Of a stretch of DNA of 64,000 bases, positions 52,015 to 62,013 are shown in pieces. The notes under the pieces are model-generated. The model did no database searches, was not told the origin of the DNA, and saw only the letters and a list, made by a program, of their open reading frames with translations. Positions within the stretch are counted from its first letter, which is position 1; every line of letters starts with the position of its first letter. Origin of the DNA: Nostoc sp. DedSLP01 (GTDB lineage Bacteria > Cyanobacteriota > Cyanobacteriia > Cyanobacteriales > Nostocaceae); NCBI GenBank assembly GCA_034530875.2, contig JAVRCJ020000006.1, positions 128,001-192,000 on the forward strand, written 5' to 3'. A program made the position numbers and the translations under genes.

Positions 52015-53061
52015 ATGTCCCAAAAAAACGAAATACCTATTCTTGTTTTATCTATTTTAATTACGGTTGGGTTAATAGCTGGCGGTTTTTGGTGGTTCAG
52101 CAGAAAATCTGGTGTTAATTTAAATCAGATTAATTCTCGCAACACCAACACACCCCAGCCTATATCGCAACAACCTGATACAAATACTTTTGCTTCAGTA
52201 AAGGATGTTCCTACTGGATTATTCAATTATGGAGGGAGTACTTCTTGGGCACCGATTCGATTAATAGTTGACCCAGCAATTCAAGCAGCACGAGGAGAAT
52301 TTAGGCTGCGCTATGTAGAACCGAGCAATGGATCTCCCGGTTCTGGTACTGGTATTGGGTCGTTAATAGATGGTCAACTAGCTTTTGCCCAGTCTTCTCG
52401 ACCAATCTTAGATGAGGAATTTAGCCGCGCCCAGCAGCGTGGGTTTACTTTGAAACAAATTCCTGTGGCAATTGATGGTTTGGCAGTTGCAGTCAACCCA
52501 AATCTCAATATTCCAGGATTAACGATAGACCAGTTAAAGTCAATTTACACTGGCAAAATCAATAACTGGAGCCAGGTTGGTGGTTCTAATATCCCAATCA
52601 AACCTTATTCCCGCCAGATTGTTGATGGCGGCACCGTAGAACTTTTCGTCCAAGACATCTTGGGTGGTCAAGCTTTCGGCTCCAATGTGGAATTTGTCTC
52701 CACAACCACCCAAGCCCTGCAAAAATTGGCTGGTAGTCCTGGTGGCATTTACTACGCTTCTGCCCCAGAGGTCGTTCCTCAATGTTCGATTAGAGCCTTG
52801 CCGTTGGGGCGTACACAAGGACAATATATTCCTCCTTACCAAGAACCATTTGTCCTCCCGTCTGAATGTCCTGGTAAACGAAACAAGTTAAACATTGAGG
52901 GTTTTCAATCAGGAAAGTACCCGATTACCCGGAATCTGTTTGTGGTGGTCAAACAGAATGGTCAGACTGAGCAGCAAGCAGGTGTCGCTTACGCCAACTT
53001 ACTGCTGACTGAACAGGGACAGGAACTGATTACCCAAGCTGGGTTTGTCAAAATTCGCTGA
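52015..53061 (+). CDS. PstS-like phosphate-binding protein, membrane anchored
   Basis: YGGSTSW, GSGTGI, AQSSRP, VAIDGLAV, YPITRNLF. Confidence 0.9.
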   Translation: MSQKNEIPILVLSILITVGLIAGGFWWFSRKSGVNLNQINSRNTNTPQPISQQPDTNTFASVKDVPTGLFNYGGSTSWAPIRLIVDPAIQAARGEFRLRYVEPSNGSPGSGTGIGSLIDGQLAFAQSSRPILDEEFSRAQQRGFTLKQIPVAIDGLAVAVNPNLNIPGLTIDQLKSIYTGKINNWSQVGGSNIPIKPYSRQIVDGGTVELFVQDILGGQAFGSNVEFVSTTTQALQKLAGSPGGIYYASAPEVVPQCSIRALPLGRTQGQYIPPYQEPFVLPSECPGKRNKLNIEGFQSGKYPITRNLFVVVKQNGQTEQQAGVAYANLLLTEQGQELITQAGFVKIR

Positions 53062-53138
53062 CACTGCGATCGCTCTTGGCGATGTCTAGCCCATAGCATT
53101 CAGACAGAGTGGCAGAAATCGCCCCTCTGAACTGTGCT

Positions 53139-53858
53139 TTAACTGGCTCTGTTAATCGACTCTGCTGGTAAGCAAATGAGATTATCGCCTTGGGTGAGAA
53201 TTAAGCCACGTTGACGTAGCTTGCCCATTAGGCGGGTGACGGTGACACGAGTCGAACCAATCGCGCTACCAATTTGGGCATGGGTAAGAGGAAAAGGCAG
53301 ACAATAACCGCGAATTACATCAGGATCGGTGTCGCTCATCGCCGGCTCGCCATATTCCTCAATCAACAATGTGAGAAATCCTAAGAGTCGGTCAATTGTG
53401 CGGCGTTGTCCCAAAGCGCTCAGCCACAGCAGTTTGCGCTGGTGCTGATATCTAAAGGCATCCATAACTTCGCGGCGGAAGTGAGGCCAGTTGTCTAAGT
53501 CGTGCCAGTACATCCACAACACCGCAGTTTGATCGACGTGGGCGTAAGCCTGGAGTGTGAATGGTGACTGAGCAACAATTTCAAATGGCTGTCCAGCTCC
53601 AACAAAACCCAAAAACGCTTCTTCTGGAGTTCTGTTGATTCGTCGAGACGTTAGCTGGCTAGCAGTCGCACTAACTTGGGCGGTTCCTACCATACGGATT
53701 GCACCCCTTTGCACCAAATATAGCAATCCAGGTCGGGCTGGAATGCGCTCATCTTTGCTGAAGGTGCGGCATCGGTAGTGTTCCTGAGCCCAGTCAAGAA
53801 TTCGTTGCCAAGTTAAAAAAGGCCGTGATGCCTCGGAAAAAGAAGATGGAGATTGCAT
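53139..53858 (-). CDS. devH: Crp/Fnr family regulator DevH (heterocyst maturation)
   Basis: 239 aa from MQSPSSFSEASRPFLTWQRILDWAQEH; HTH LTHAQIGSAIGSTRVTVTRLMG. Confidence 0.88.
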   Translation of the reverse strand: MQSPSSFSEASRPFLTWQRILDWAQEHYRCRTFSKDERIPARPGLLYLVQRGAIRMVGTAQVSATASQLTSRRINRTPEEAFLGFVGAGQPFEIVAQSPFTLQAYAHVDQTAVLWMYWHDLDNWPHFRREVMDAFRYQHQRKLLWLSALGQRRTIDRLLGFLTLLIEEYGEPAMSDTDPDVIRGYCLPFPLTHAQIGSAIGSTRVTVTRLMGKLRQRGLILTQGDNLICLPAESINRAS

Positions 53859-54029
53859 AGGTAACAAAGAGCGTTCGGCTGAAGACAAAGACGTAATAAA
53901 AAGGTGCAAGGAGTGTCTTTGTGTTGGCGATGCTGGCTTAACGCCTAATAACAGCGCCAGCCATCCAAAGAACAGAAAGCAAAGAATCACTCTCTATTCT
54001 TTTGTTATACTTCCTACTGTACAATGATG

Positions 54030-54043
54030 GTAGTAAAGTTTAC
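54030..54043. promoter_or_regulatory. Candidate NtcA-type box upstream of devH
   Basis: GTA-GTAAAGTT-TAC matches GTA-N8-TAC. Confidence 0.45.
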
Positions 54044-54174
54044 TCACTATTCATCGATTATTCATCAAATTTTATCCTACTCTCATTTTTCTTCATCTAG
54101 ATTAAACCTATATCCGGAGATAGGTGACACCAAATTGACAAATATCTTTTCCCAAACCATTTACGTAAAAGTTC

Positions 54175-55119
54175 GTGAGTAAAAAAATACAAGCATTCAA
54201 CCATATATCATTTAGGCAGCTAGTATATGAATGTTTAAGCGAATTTTTAAGTATTAGTACTGAGGATATACAAAATAAATACAAAGAAGACCAAAAAATT
54301 TCTCTACATAAAAATAGAAACGATCGCAAAATTTTGTATACCTCTGGTTTGGCGTTGCGAGCCTCAAACTCTCAGAATCAAAGAGCAATGGAGTTTGCCA
54401 GCGCGATCGCTTTTCATGTATCCGCAAGCTGTGGCGGGGTTTTCAACGTGCAAATAGTTCCCCCTGGTTGGATACATTTTGAATTGACTGACTCAGCCTT
54501 GGCAAGTTGGTTACAAAACTTAGCAGTTGGGAAGGGGGAGATGGGGAGATGGGGAAGTGTGGGGAGTGTGGGGAGTGTGGGGAGAGAGGGGGGAAAGATT
54601 TCTTCCCCATCCTCCCAGACCTCCCACACCTCCTGCCTCCCCCATGCCCCATGCCCTATAACTAATTCCTTATTTCCCGTTCAACATGCTCATGCGCGTT
54701 GCTGTTCGCTAGTGCTGCTGGCTCACCGGGAGGGATTAATTCAACTTAGAGAACCACTTGTAAATAGCAGTCCCAGTTTTTGGAGCGTTATTTCCCCCGA
54801 TCCCATACCTTGGCTTAACTGCGATGGAAGATTGCGGCTAAATCATCCAGATGAGCTTTGTCTACTTAGCGAGTTAGTACAGGCGGTAGACAGCATAGAA
54901 TGTCCCGATATTAGAAGTTATGTGAAATGGGAAAAGACAGGATTGAATTTGAGCCAAGCTTTTGAAAACTTCTGGCGTAATTGCCGCATTTGGGGTGAAG
55001 TGAAAATTGTTTCACCAGAGGTAGCCCAAGCTAGGTTGGGATTGCTTATGGCTGCTCAGTCAGTGTTAAAATTTGTACTAGAGGAAAACTTGAGAATTTT
55101 TGCGCCATTGGAACTATAA
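54175..55119 (+). CDS. DALR anticodon-binding domain protein (ArgRS-related, non-catalytic)
   Basis: PGWIHF, VQHAHARCCSL, ARLGL..APLEL; contains an in-frame repeat insertion. Confidence 0.85.
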   Translation: MSKKIQAFNHISFRQLVYECLSEFLSISTEDIQNKYKEDQKISLHKNRNDRKILYTSGLALRASNSQNQRAMEFASAIAFHVSASCGGVFNVQIVPPGWIHFELTDSALASWLQNLAVGKGEMGRWGSVGSVGSVGREGGKISSPSSQTSHTSCLPHAPCPITNSLFPVQHAHARCCSLVLLAHREGLIQLREPLVNSSPSFWSVISPDPIPWLNCDGRLRLNHPDELCLLSELVQAVDSIECPDIRSYVKWEKTGLNLSQAFENFWRNCRIWGEVKIVSPEVAQARLGLLMAAQSVLKFVLEENLRIFAPLEL

Positions 55120-55136
55120 AAACTTTCTCATAGCTA

Positions 55137-55165
55137 TTGACTCAATGCATTACCTCGGCTACATT
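55137..55165 (+). promoter_or_regulatory. sigma70-type promoter of the Yfr2-like sRNA
   Basis: TTGACT-17 nt-TACATT, 7 nt upstream of GTGTGAGGAG. Confidence 0.7.
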
Positions 55166-55172
55166 AGCTCTT

Positions 55173-55240
55173 GTGTGAGGAGCGAACCAGCAGGGGCACC
55201 GAGACGAAACACGGCCAGTCGTCGGTGTCCTTTCTGATTT
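55173..55240 (+). ncRNA. yfr2: Yfr2-family small RNA
   Basis: 5' GUGUGAGGAG motif, stem GGGCACCGA-GAC / GUC-G-UCGGUGUCC with GAAACACGG loop, U-rich end. Confidence 0.75.
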
Positions 55241-55270
55241 ATATGGGTTTGGTTAAAAAAATTGCCCTCA

Positions 55271-56140
55271 CTAAAGCAAAAATTTTTCGATCGCCACTGC
55301 TACTCCGTCTTCATCTACACTAGGAGCTACCCACTGAGCGATCGCTTGCACTGGTACTGGTGCGTTTCCCATAGCTATACCAAAACCAACATACTCTAGC
55401 ATTTCCAAATCGTTGAAGTTATCGCCAATAGCCATAACGTTGGCTAGTTGTAATCCCAATAATTCTTCGGCTAGGTAGCGTACAGCAGTTCCTTTATTCA
55501 CAGCAGCGTTAGTGGCTTCTAAAAAGGTGGCAACAGATGTCGTGAGGTAAAGTTCAGCTGGTGTGTATTGGCGGCGCAAATTCCCCAATACTTTGCTGAT
55601 GAAATTTGTGTCATCACACAAAGCAAGAATTTTTGTCGGTTCATTCGTTAATGCTTTACGTAAATCTCCTACGGGAATTGGGGTAATACCGGAACGTTGT
55701 GCGTAAATTTCGGTTTCATTAGTGATTTCTCGGACGTAAAGTTGGTCGTTGATGTAGAAATGGACAGATAAAAGCGATCGCAATTGTGGTTGTTCAAAAT
55801 AGTCGAGTAGTTTGCAGGCAATTTCTCTCGAAACCACTAAATGGCGATGAATTTTTTGAGTATTGGGGTCTTGAATCCAAGCTCCTTGATAAGCCATTAA
55901 TGGTAATGTAGAGCCGATTTCTTGGTGAAAGCGCAAGGCTGAACGATACATCCGACCTGTAGCGATGGCCACTGGAATGCCTCGTGCTTGTGCCGCAATT
56001 AACGCTTGTTTGACAGGTTCGCTGATAGTGTTGGAGTGTCCGGCGATCGTGCCATCTATATCTACAACGAGTAATTTAATATCTTTTGCAACAGCTTGAT
56101 TACCAGTCGATTCCAGATGTGGGGCAGATGCTTTCTGCAT
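55271..56140 (-). CDS. Cof-type HAD-IIB hydrolase
   Basis: DIDGT, ATGR, NKG, GDNFND motifs. Confidence 0.95.
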   Translation of the reverse strand: MQKASAPHLESTGNQAVAKDIKLLVVDIDGTIAGHSNTISEPVKQALIAAQARGIPVAIATGRMYRSALRFHQEIGSTLPLMAYQGAWIQDPNTQKIHRHLVVSREIACKLLDYFEQPQLRSLLSVHFYINDQLYVREITNETEIYAQRSGITPIPVGDLRKALTNEPTKILALCDDTNFISKVLGNLRRQYTPAELYLTTSVATFLEATNAAVNKGTAVRYLAEELLGLQLANVMAIGDNFNDLEMLEYVGFGIAMGNAPVPVQAIAQWVAPSVDEDGVAVAIEKFLL

Positions 56141-56227
56141 AAACTTCCTAGATTTAAAGTTACAGTAAGAGGTTATACTATTTTGGATTTTAAATTTGGA
56201 ATCGAGAATAGCGTTTTGATGCCAATA

Positions 56228-56258
56228 AAAAAACCCGATTCTCGAAAGAATCGGGGAT
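56228..56258 (-). terminator. Intrinsic terminator after the PEP-CTERM gene
   Basis: AAAAAACCCGATTCT-CGAA-AGAATCGGG. Confidence 0.75.
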
Positions 56259-56324
56259 TTACATTTAAGTTAGATGATTTGACTGATAGATAGAAGAGAA
56301 AAAATCTATCTATTCAACTAAAGT

Positions 56325-57032
56325 CTATGAATTTAATACTTTGGCTGAAATCTTTTTGCGTTGTGATAACAGACAAAGCCCAGCAACTAAACCAATTCCA
56401 AGGGTAGTTGATGCTTCAGGTACAGACTTCAATTCTTCGTAGTTATAAGTTACTTTGACACCTGCTTTGGCATAAGTATCAATATAGGATCTAATGTTAC
56501 CCGATCCTGAAACTAGTGAGTTGGCAATTGCTGAGAACAAAAAGTCAACGTTGCCGTTACCAATAAAAGACTGTAAGAATTGCGTATCAGTGAAAGACTG
56601 AGTACCAAACTGTGTAGCTGTTAAGTTAGAAAGAGTCTTTCCTGATGTGCCAGCATAATCAGTGATGCCATCGTATTTGGCAACTTGGTACTGTGAAGTA
56701 TATTTTGGATTTAATGTCAACAAAGACTGATTATTTAGTTCTAGACTCAATTGACTGCCAAGAGTTACTGTCGCTTGACTTGCGCTGGGACTTCTATTTT
56801 CAAAACCTGCATTACCAAGTATGTCGCCAGTAAATTCTATAGTTACACCTTTGAGCGTACCGAGAGATGAATTAAATTTTTGGATGCTCAAAGGTGCATC
56901 AATAATATCTGTAAATTCGTAATTAGTAGAGCTAGTGTACGAGAGAGAAGCTGCGTTAGCTACTCCAGAAGTTGCAACAATTCCTGCCAAAGTTGTAGCA
57001 GCGCCTAGAGCGTTCAATAGTTTTGTTGTCAT
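56325..57032 (-). CDS. PEP-CTERM sorting domain surface protein (choice-of-anchor E-like)
   Basis: Signal peptide ..ANAAS, KFNSSLGTL, VPEASTTLG + TM + RKK. Confidence 0.88.
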   Translation of the reverse strand: MTTKLLNALGAATTLAGIVATSGVANAASLSYTSSTNYEFTDIIDAPLSIQKFNSSLGTLKGVTIEFTGDILGNAGFENRSPSASQATVTLGSQLSLELNNQSLLTLNPKYTSQYQVAKYDGITDYAGTSGKTLSNLTATQFGTQSFTDTQFLQSFIGNGNVDFLFSAIANSLVSGSGNIRSYIDTYAKAGVKVTYNYEELKSVPEASTTLGIGLVAGLCLLSQRKKISAKVLNS

Positions 57033-57286
57033 GATAAAAGATGCTTTTAAAAACTGAGCCATTACAGGGTTTACTAAATTATTTTTAACTTGGAAGTCCT
57101 ACTTATAGGGTTGATAAATACACGTAAAATTATGTAAAAGTTTTGTATTTAATTTACCCCAATAAATATATTTTTTTAGTAAAAATATAAAGTTTTGTTA
57201 AGATAACTATCTCGAGGCTGCGAAGAACTTCAATAAAAGAACTGATGCAGTATGTAAATAACGAAGCTTCTGGCTAAAATAGGGCT

Positions 57287-60208
57287 ATGTCTCAAACTCC
57301 TGCTACTGCAACCCCAACACGTCCGACCTTCATTCTGGTAGACGGACACTCTCTGGCTTATCGTTCATACTTTGCTTTTGCCAAAGGGCGAGATGGAGGA
57401 CTACGTACAAAGACGGGGATTCCTACGAGCGTATGTTTTGGTTTTATTAAATGTTTATTGGAAGTAATGGCAACACAACAGCCCCAAGCAATGGCTGTAG
57501 CCTTCGATCTAGGTTTGCCGACCTTCCGTCATGAAACAGATGATACATACAAAGCCGATCGCAAAGAAACGCCAGAAGACTTTATTCCAGACTTAGAAAA
57601 TCTCCACGAGTTACTCGATGGCTTGAATTTACCAATTTATACTGCTCCTGGTTACGAGGCAGATGATGTTTTGGGAACTTTAGCACAGCAAGTTACGGCT
57701 GCTGGGTATAAGGCGAAGATTCTCACTGGCGATCGCGATTTATTTCAACTGATAGATGCCGATAAAGAAATCACAGTTCTAAATTTTAGTCCAGATGCTT
57801 TAAAGCGTTCTACAAATAGCATCACTGAATTTAAAGCAGAACAGGTTAAAGAAAAGCTGGGCGTTTTACCTTCACAAATTGTTGATTATAAAGCACTTTG
57901 TGGTGATAAATCCGATAATATTCCTGGGGTTAAAGGAATTGGGGAAAAGACGGCAGTACAGTTGCTTAATACATATAATTCTCTGGAAAATATTTATGCT
58001 GCGTTAGATGAAATCACAGGCGCAACTCAGAAAAAATTAGCAGCAGGTAAAGAAGACGCTGATAGGTCTCGCTATTTGGCAAAAATTGTTGTAGATGTTC
58101 CTCTAGAATTTGATTTGCAAGCTTGCAAATTAAAAGGATTTGATACCAGCGTTTTATCCCCAATTTTAGAAAAGCTGGAATTTAAATCATTTTTAGGAAA
58201 AATAAACGAACTACAGCAACGTTTTGGCGGTCAAGTTGAAGAAGCGCCAAAAACAGAAACAACAGAAACAGAATCCGAGTTTGAAGACCCGGATCTTTCT
58301 TTTTTCAGTTTTGCTGAAACACAAGCCGCACAACAACAACCTGCTTCATCAATTCAGCCACGCATCATTAACACTGAAGCTAAACTGACTGAATTAGTCA
58401 AGATTTTGCAAAAATTTACTAATCCAGAAATACCTGTTGCTTGGGACACTGAAACTACGGATTTAGAACCAAGAGATGCCGAGTTAGTAGGAATTGGTTG
58501 CTGCTGGGGAACGGAACCAGATGAACTAGCGTATATTCCTCTTGGGCATAAAACCGGAGAAAATTTAAATCAGGATGTGGTCTTAGAAGCACTACGTCCA
58601 ATTCTTGAAAGTGCCGATCATCCTAAAACTTTACAGAATGCTAAATTTGACCGCTTAGTTTTTAAGTGTCAAGGCATTAATTTGGATGGGGTAATATTCG
58701 ATCCGATGTTGGCGAGTTATTTGCTAAATCCAGATTCGAGTCATAATTTAATGGATTTGGCACAGCGATATTTGGGATTAACAGCGAAAAGTTATTTAGA
58801 TTTAGTACCCAAAGGTAAAACCATTGCTGATATAGATATTCCTTTAGTCGCAGATTACTGCGGTATGGATGTTTATTCTACATTTGGTTTAGTGCCAAAA
58901 CTCCGCGCAGAATTGGAAAAATTTCCAGCTTTATCTAAGTTATTAGTAGAAGTGGAACAGCCGCTAGAAGCAGTTTTAGCGCAGATGGAATACATAGGTG
59001 TGCGCATTAATTCAGCTTATTTACAAGAACTTTCGCAGCATTTAGAAACAGAGTTAGTCAGATTAAAAGAGAAAGCAATAGAAATAGCTGGGGAAAACTT
59101 TAATTTGGGTTCTCCTAAACAATTGAGTTCCATTTTATTTGAAAAACTAGGCTTAAGCACCAAATATTCTCGGAAAATTCAAACAGGTTATTCTACAGAT
59201 GCAGCAACGCTAGAAAAACTCCAAGAAATAGATTCAAGTGGATTTGTTGAGGTCATAACTGAGTACCGGACTTTATCTAAATTAAAGTCTACTTATGTAG
59301 ATGCTTTACCTGCGTTGGTGCGTTCAGATACTCAACGGGTACATACTGATTTTAATCAAGCAGCAACATCGACAGGTAGGTTATCTTCTTCTAATCCAAA
59401 TTTACAAAATATCCCGATTCGTACAGCTTTTAGTCGCCAAATTCGCAAGGCATTTTTGCCAGAACCGGGGTGGTTAATGGTGGCTGCTGATTACTCACAA
59501 ATTGAATTGCGAATTTTGGCTCATTTGAGTCAAGAGCCGATATTAGTGCAAGCATATCAGCAAAATGAAGATGTTCACACTGTGACAGGACGATTAGTAT
59601 TTGAAAAAGAAAATATCACATCAGAAGAGCGATCGGTAGCCAAAACTATTAATTTTGGTGTGATATATGGAATGGGTTCTGTCAGATTTTCTCGTTCAAC
59701 TGGAATAGATAGAGCTATTGCCAACGAGTTTATTAAGCGGTTTAATGAACGATATCCTCGAATTTTTGCTTATTTGGAGCGAGTGAAAAAAGAAGCGATC
59801 GCTCAAGGTTATGTAGAAACTATTCTCGGTCGCCGTCGTTATTTTGATTTTACCAACAACAGCTTACGCAAATTAAAAGGCAGCAATCCAGAAGATATTG
59901 ATTTGAGTAAATTGAAAAATTTGGGTGCTTATGATGCCGGTTTACTACGTTCCGCTGCTAATGCACCAATTCAAGGTTCTAATGCTGATATCATCAAAAT
60001 TGCAATGGTGCAACTGCATGAGGTTTTGCAAAAATATCAGGCGCGTTTATTATTACAAGTTCACGATGAATTAGTCTTTGAAATTCCTCGTGATGAATGG
60101 GGAGAATTACAACCGCAAATTAAATCCGTGATGGAAAATGCTGTACAGTTAAGTGTACCGTTGGTAGTTGATGCGCGTGCGGGCGAAAATTGGATGGAAA
60201 CTAAGTAA
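57287..60208 (+). CDS. polA: DNA polymerase I
   Basis: 5'-3' exonuclease LVDGHSLAYR, DTET, TGRLSSSNPNLQNIP, DYSQIELR, QVHDEL. Confidence 0.98.
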   Translation: MSQTPATATPTRPTFILVDGHSLAYRSYFAFAKGRDGGLRTKTGIPTSVCFGFIKCLLEVMATQQPQAMAVAFDLGLPTFRHETDDTYKADRKETPEDFIPDLENLHELLDGLNLPIYTAPGYEADDVLGTLAQQVTAAGYKAKILTGDRDLFQLIDADKEITVLNFSPDALKRSTNSITEFKAEQVKEKLGVLPSQIVDYKALCGDKSDNIPGVKGIGEKTAVQLLNTYNSLENIYAALDEITGATQKKLAAGKEDADRSRYLAKIVVDVPLEFDLQACKLKGFDTSVLSPILEKLEFKSFLGKINELQQRFGGQVEEAPKTETTETESEFEDPDLSFFSFAETQAAQQQPASSIQPRIINTEAKLTELVKILQKFTNPEIPVAWDTETTDLEPRDAELVGIGCCWGTEPDELAYIPLGHKTGENLNQDVVLEALRPILESADHPKTLQNAKFDRLVFKCQGINLDGVIFDPMLASYLLNPDSSHNLMDLAQRYLGLTAKSYLDLVPKGKTIADIDIPLVADYCGMDVYSTFGLVPKLRAELEKFPALSKLLVEVEQPLEAVLAQMEYIGVRINSAYLQELSQHLETELVRLKEKAIEIAGENFNLGSPKQLSSILFEKLGLSTKYSRKIQTGYSTDAATLEKLQEIDSSGFVEVITEYRTLSKLKSTYVDALPALVRSDTQRVHTDFNQAATSTGRLSSSNPNLQNIPIRTAFSRQIRKAFLPEPGWLMVAADYSQIELRILAHLSQEPILVQAYQQNEDVHTVTGRLVFEKENITSEERSVAKTINFGVIYGMGSVRFSRSTGIDRAIANEFIKRFNERYPRIFAYLERVKKEAIAQGYVETILGRRRYFDFTNNSLRKLKGSNPEDIDLSKLKNLGAYDAGLLRSAANAPIQGSNADIIKIAMVQLHEVLQKYQARLLLQVHDELVFEIPRDEWGELQPQIKSVMENAVQLSVPLVVDARAGENWMETK

Positions 60209-60886
60209 TTAGAGTTTTCGGCCGATCGGGGACTAGGTAAGCGTTGCAAAACTTCGGAGTTATTGTAGAATTTTAAACCCTCATCGCTAGTCTCTTAAGT
60301 ACAGCTACTACATCAAGATAATACCAAGCTAAACATTAAAAGTTTGGTTAAATCTTGCTTTTTGTAGTCAAATATACTAATATATTTAAACAAATAGTAA
60401 AAACTATTTATTAGTCAGAGAATAATCACTGACATAACTATAAATACATAATTTAAGAGAATTTTTTTAAATAAACCTTGTATAGAATCTGGGGGGTAGA
60501 ACAGTAACAAAATTCTTTAGGAATTTTGAAATCTGCTTTTACTCGCCTTTTTTTATATCCACAGTGGCTGTGGCTGGTTAAAAATCTGCGAAGCCAGTTT
60601 CTAGTTTTTCATGATGTGTGAATGCTGAAAAAGATAAGGAACTTTTGTCATAAGTGTTTTGTTTGAAATTGGATGAGCAAATAAAGGTAAATCTCAAATA
60701 TTGAAAAATTAAATATAGACATATTTGCTATTTTTGAATGTGCGGATGAGGTTGTTTGTTCTACAATTCCTATAGTCTGGTTGAAAATACGCCAAACTAA
60801 GTAGAAGGCAGAAGGTAAAATCCTCAACAGTAAAAGGTTTTGCTGCTTGCTTTGGATTTTACATTTAATTATGTCCGTCTACTTAT

Positions 60887-61852
60887 ATGAAAGACAAACT
60901 CACAAGGAATTTTATTATGTATCGGCGTTGGCTCTTATCTGCTTTAGCATTGTTTTTGAGTATAATTTTAATTGCTTGCAATACTGTTAGTACTCAAAAT
61001 CTACCAACAAACGCGACAAATAATAGTGAAACAGCTAATATTAATTCCCAGCAATTACCAAAACGATCGATAAAAAGAGTTGTTGCTCTTTCTTCTTTAT
61101 CAGCTGATATTATTGCTCAACTCGATCAAACAAAAATTGTTGGCATTACTGGTAGCAAGTTATTTAACGATGACCCTCGGTTTAAAAACATTCCTCGTGT
61201 TAGTGAAGGTCAAAATCCTCCGAATTTAGAAAAGATTGTGGCGCTAAAGCCAGATTTAGTTATTGGTGCGGAAGGTTTTTCTACTATTCCAATTCAAAAA
61301 ATTAAGCAATTAGGGATTCAAACTTTGCTTACCCAGGTTAAAAGCTGGGAATCTCTAGAAGAGTTAACTAAAACATTGGCTCGGTTTATTGATGCGGATC
61401 CTCAGCCTTTGTTAAACCTTTATAAAACTTTCTTGCCAGATAAACCTGCTCAGAGTCTTACGGCTTTGGTGTTGGTTAGTCGGCAACCGATTTTAGCACC
61501 GAACAAAAATAGTTGGGCAGGAGATATACTAAGAAAATTTCAGGTGAAAAATCTGGCAGCAGAATTACAAGAAAAAAGCCCGGTTGGCGGGTATGTGACG
61601 CTTTCGGCTGAGAAAGTTTTAGAGGCAAACCCAGAGGCGATAATTTTGGTTAATACTCCGCGAGGTAATTCGGAAGTAGGGCTTTTAGATTCTTTGAAAA
61701 AGGAGGCTTTTTGGAATAAATTGCAAGCAACTCAAAAGAACCGAGTTTATGTATTTGATTATTATGGTTTGGTGAATCCAGGTAGTATAGATGCGATAGA
61801 AAAGGCTTGTCAGCAAATCAAGAAAGATTTGTTTGGAGGAGAGCGTGGTTAG
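60887..61852 (+). CDS. Iron-siderophore/cobalamin-type ABC substrate-binding lipoprotein
   Basis: Lipobox LIAC, PNLEKIVALKPDLVI; start may be 60917. Confidence 0.88.
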   Translation: MKDKLTRNFIMYRRWLLSALALFLSIILIACNTVSTQNLPTNATNNSETANINSQQLPKRSIKRVVALSSLSADIIAQLDQTKIVGITGSKLFNDDPRFKNIPRVSEGQNPPNLEKIVALKPDLVIGAEGFSTIPIQKIKQLGIQTLLTQVKSWESLEELTKTLARFIDADPQPLLNLYKTFLPDKPAQSLTALVLVSRQPILAPNKNSWAGDILRKFQVKNLAAELQEKSPVGGYVTLSAEKVLEANPEAIILVNTPRGNSEVGLLDSLKKEAFWNKLQATQKNRVYVFDYYGLVNPGSIDAIEKACQQIKKDLFGGERG

Positions 61853-62013
61853 TTTAATGAAAGATAATTTAAAATCTTGTTTTAAGATAGGATGGTTTTT
61901 TCTCACGCAGAGACACAGAGGAGCCAGTACGCCCTTGCGGGTTTCCCGACTTCAAGCATCTGGCGTCGCGCAGAGAGAATTAAGAGGGATATTGAGTCTT
62001 TACTAAGATTTTT

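Noticed and set aside
54175..55119. Arginyl-tRNA synthetase (argS)
   Set aside because: Only 314 aa, with no HIGH/KMSK catalytic domain
55170..55185. Yfr1 on the minus strand (GCTCCTCACAC)
   Set aside because: Promoter and terminator-like hairpin are oriented for the plus strand, which fits Yfr2
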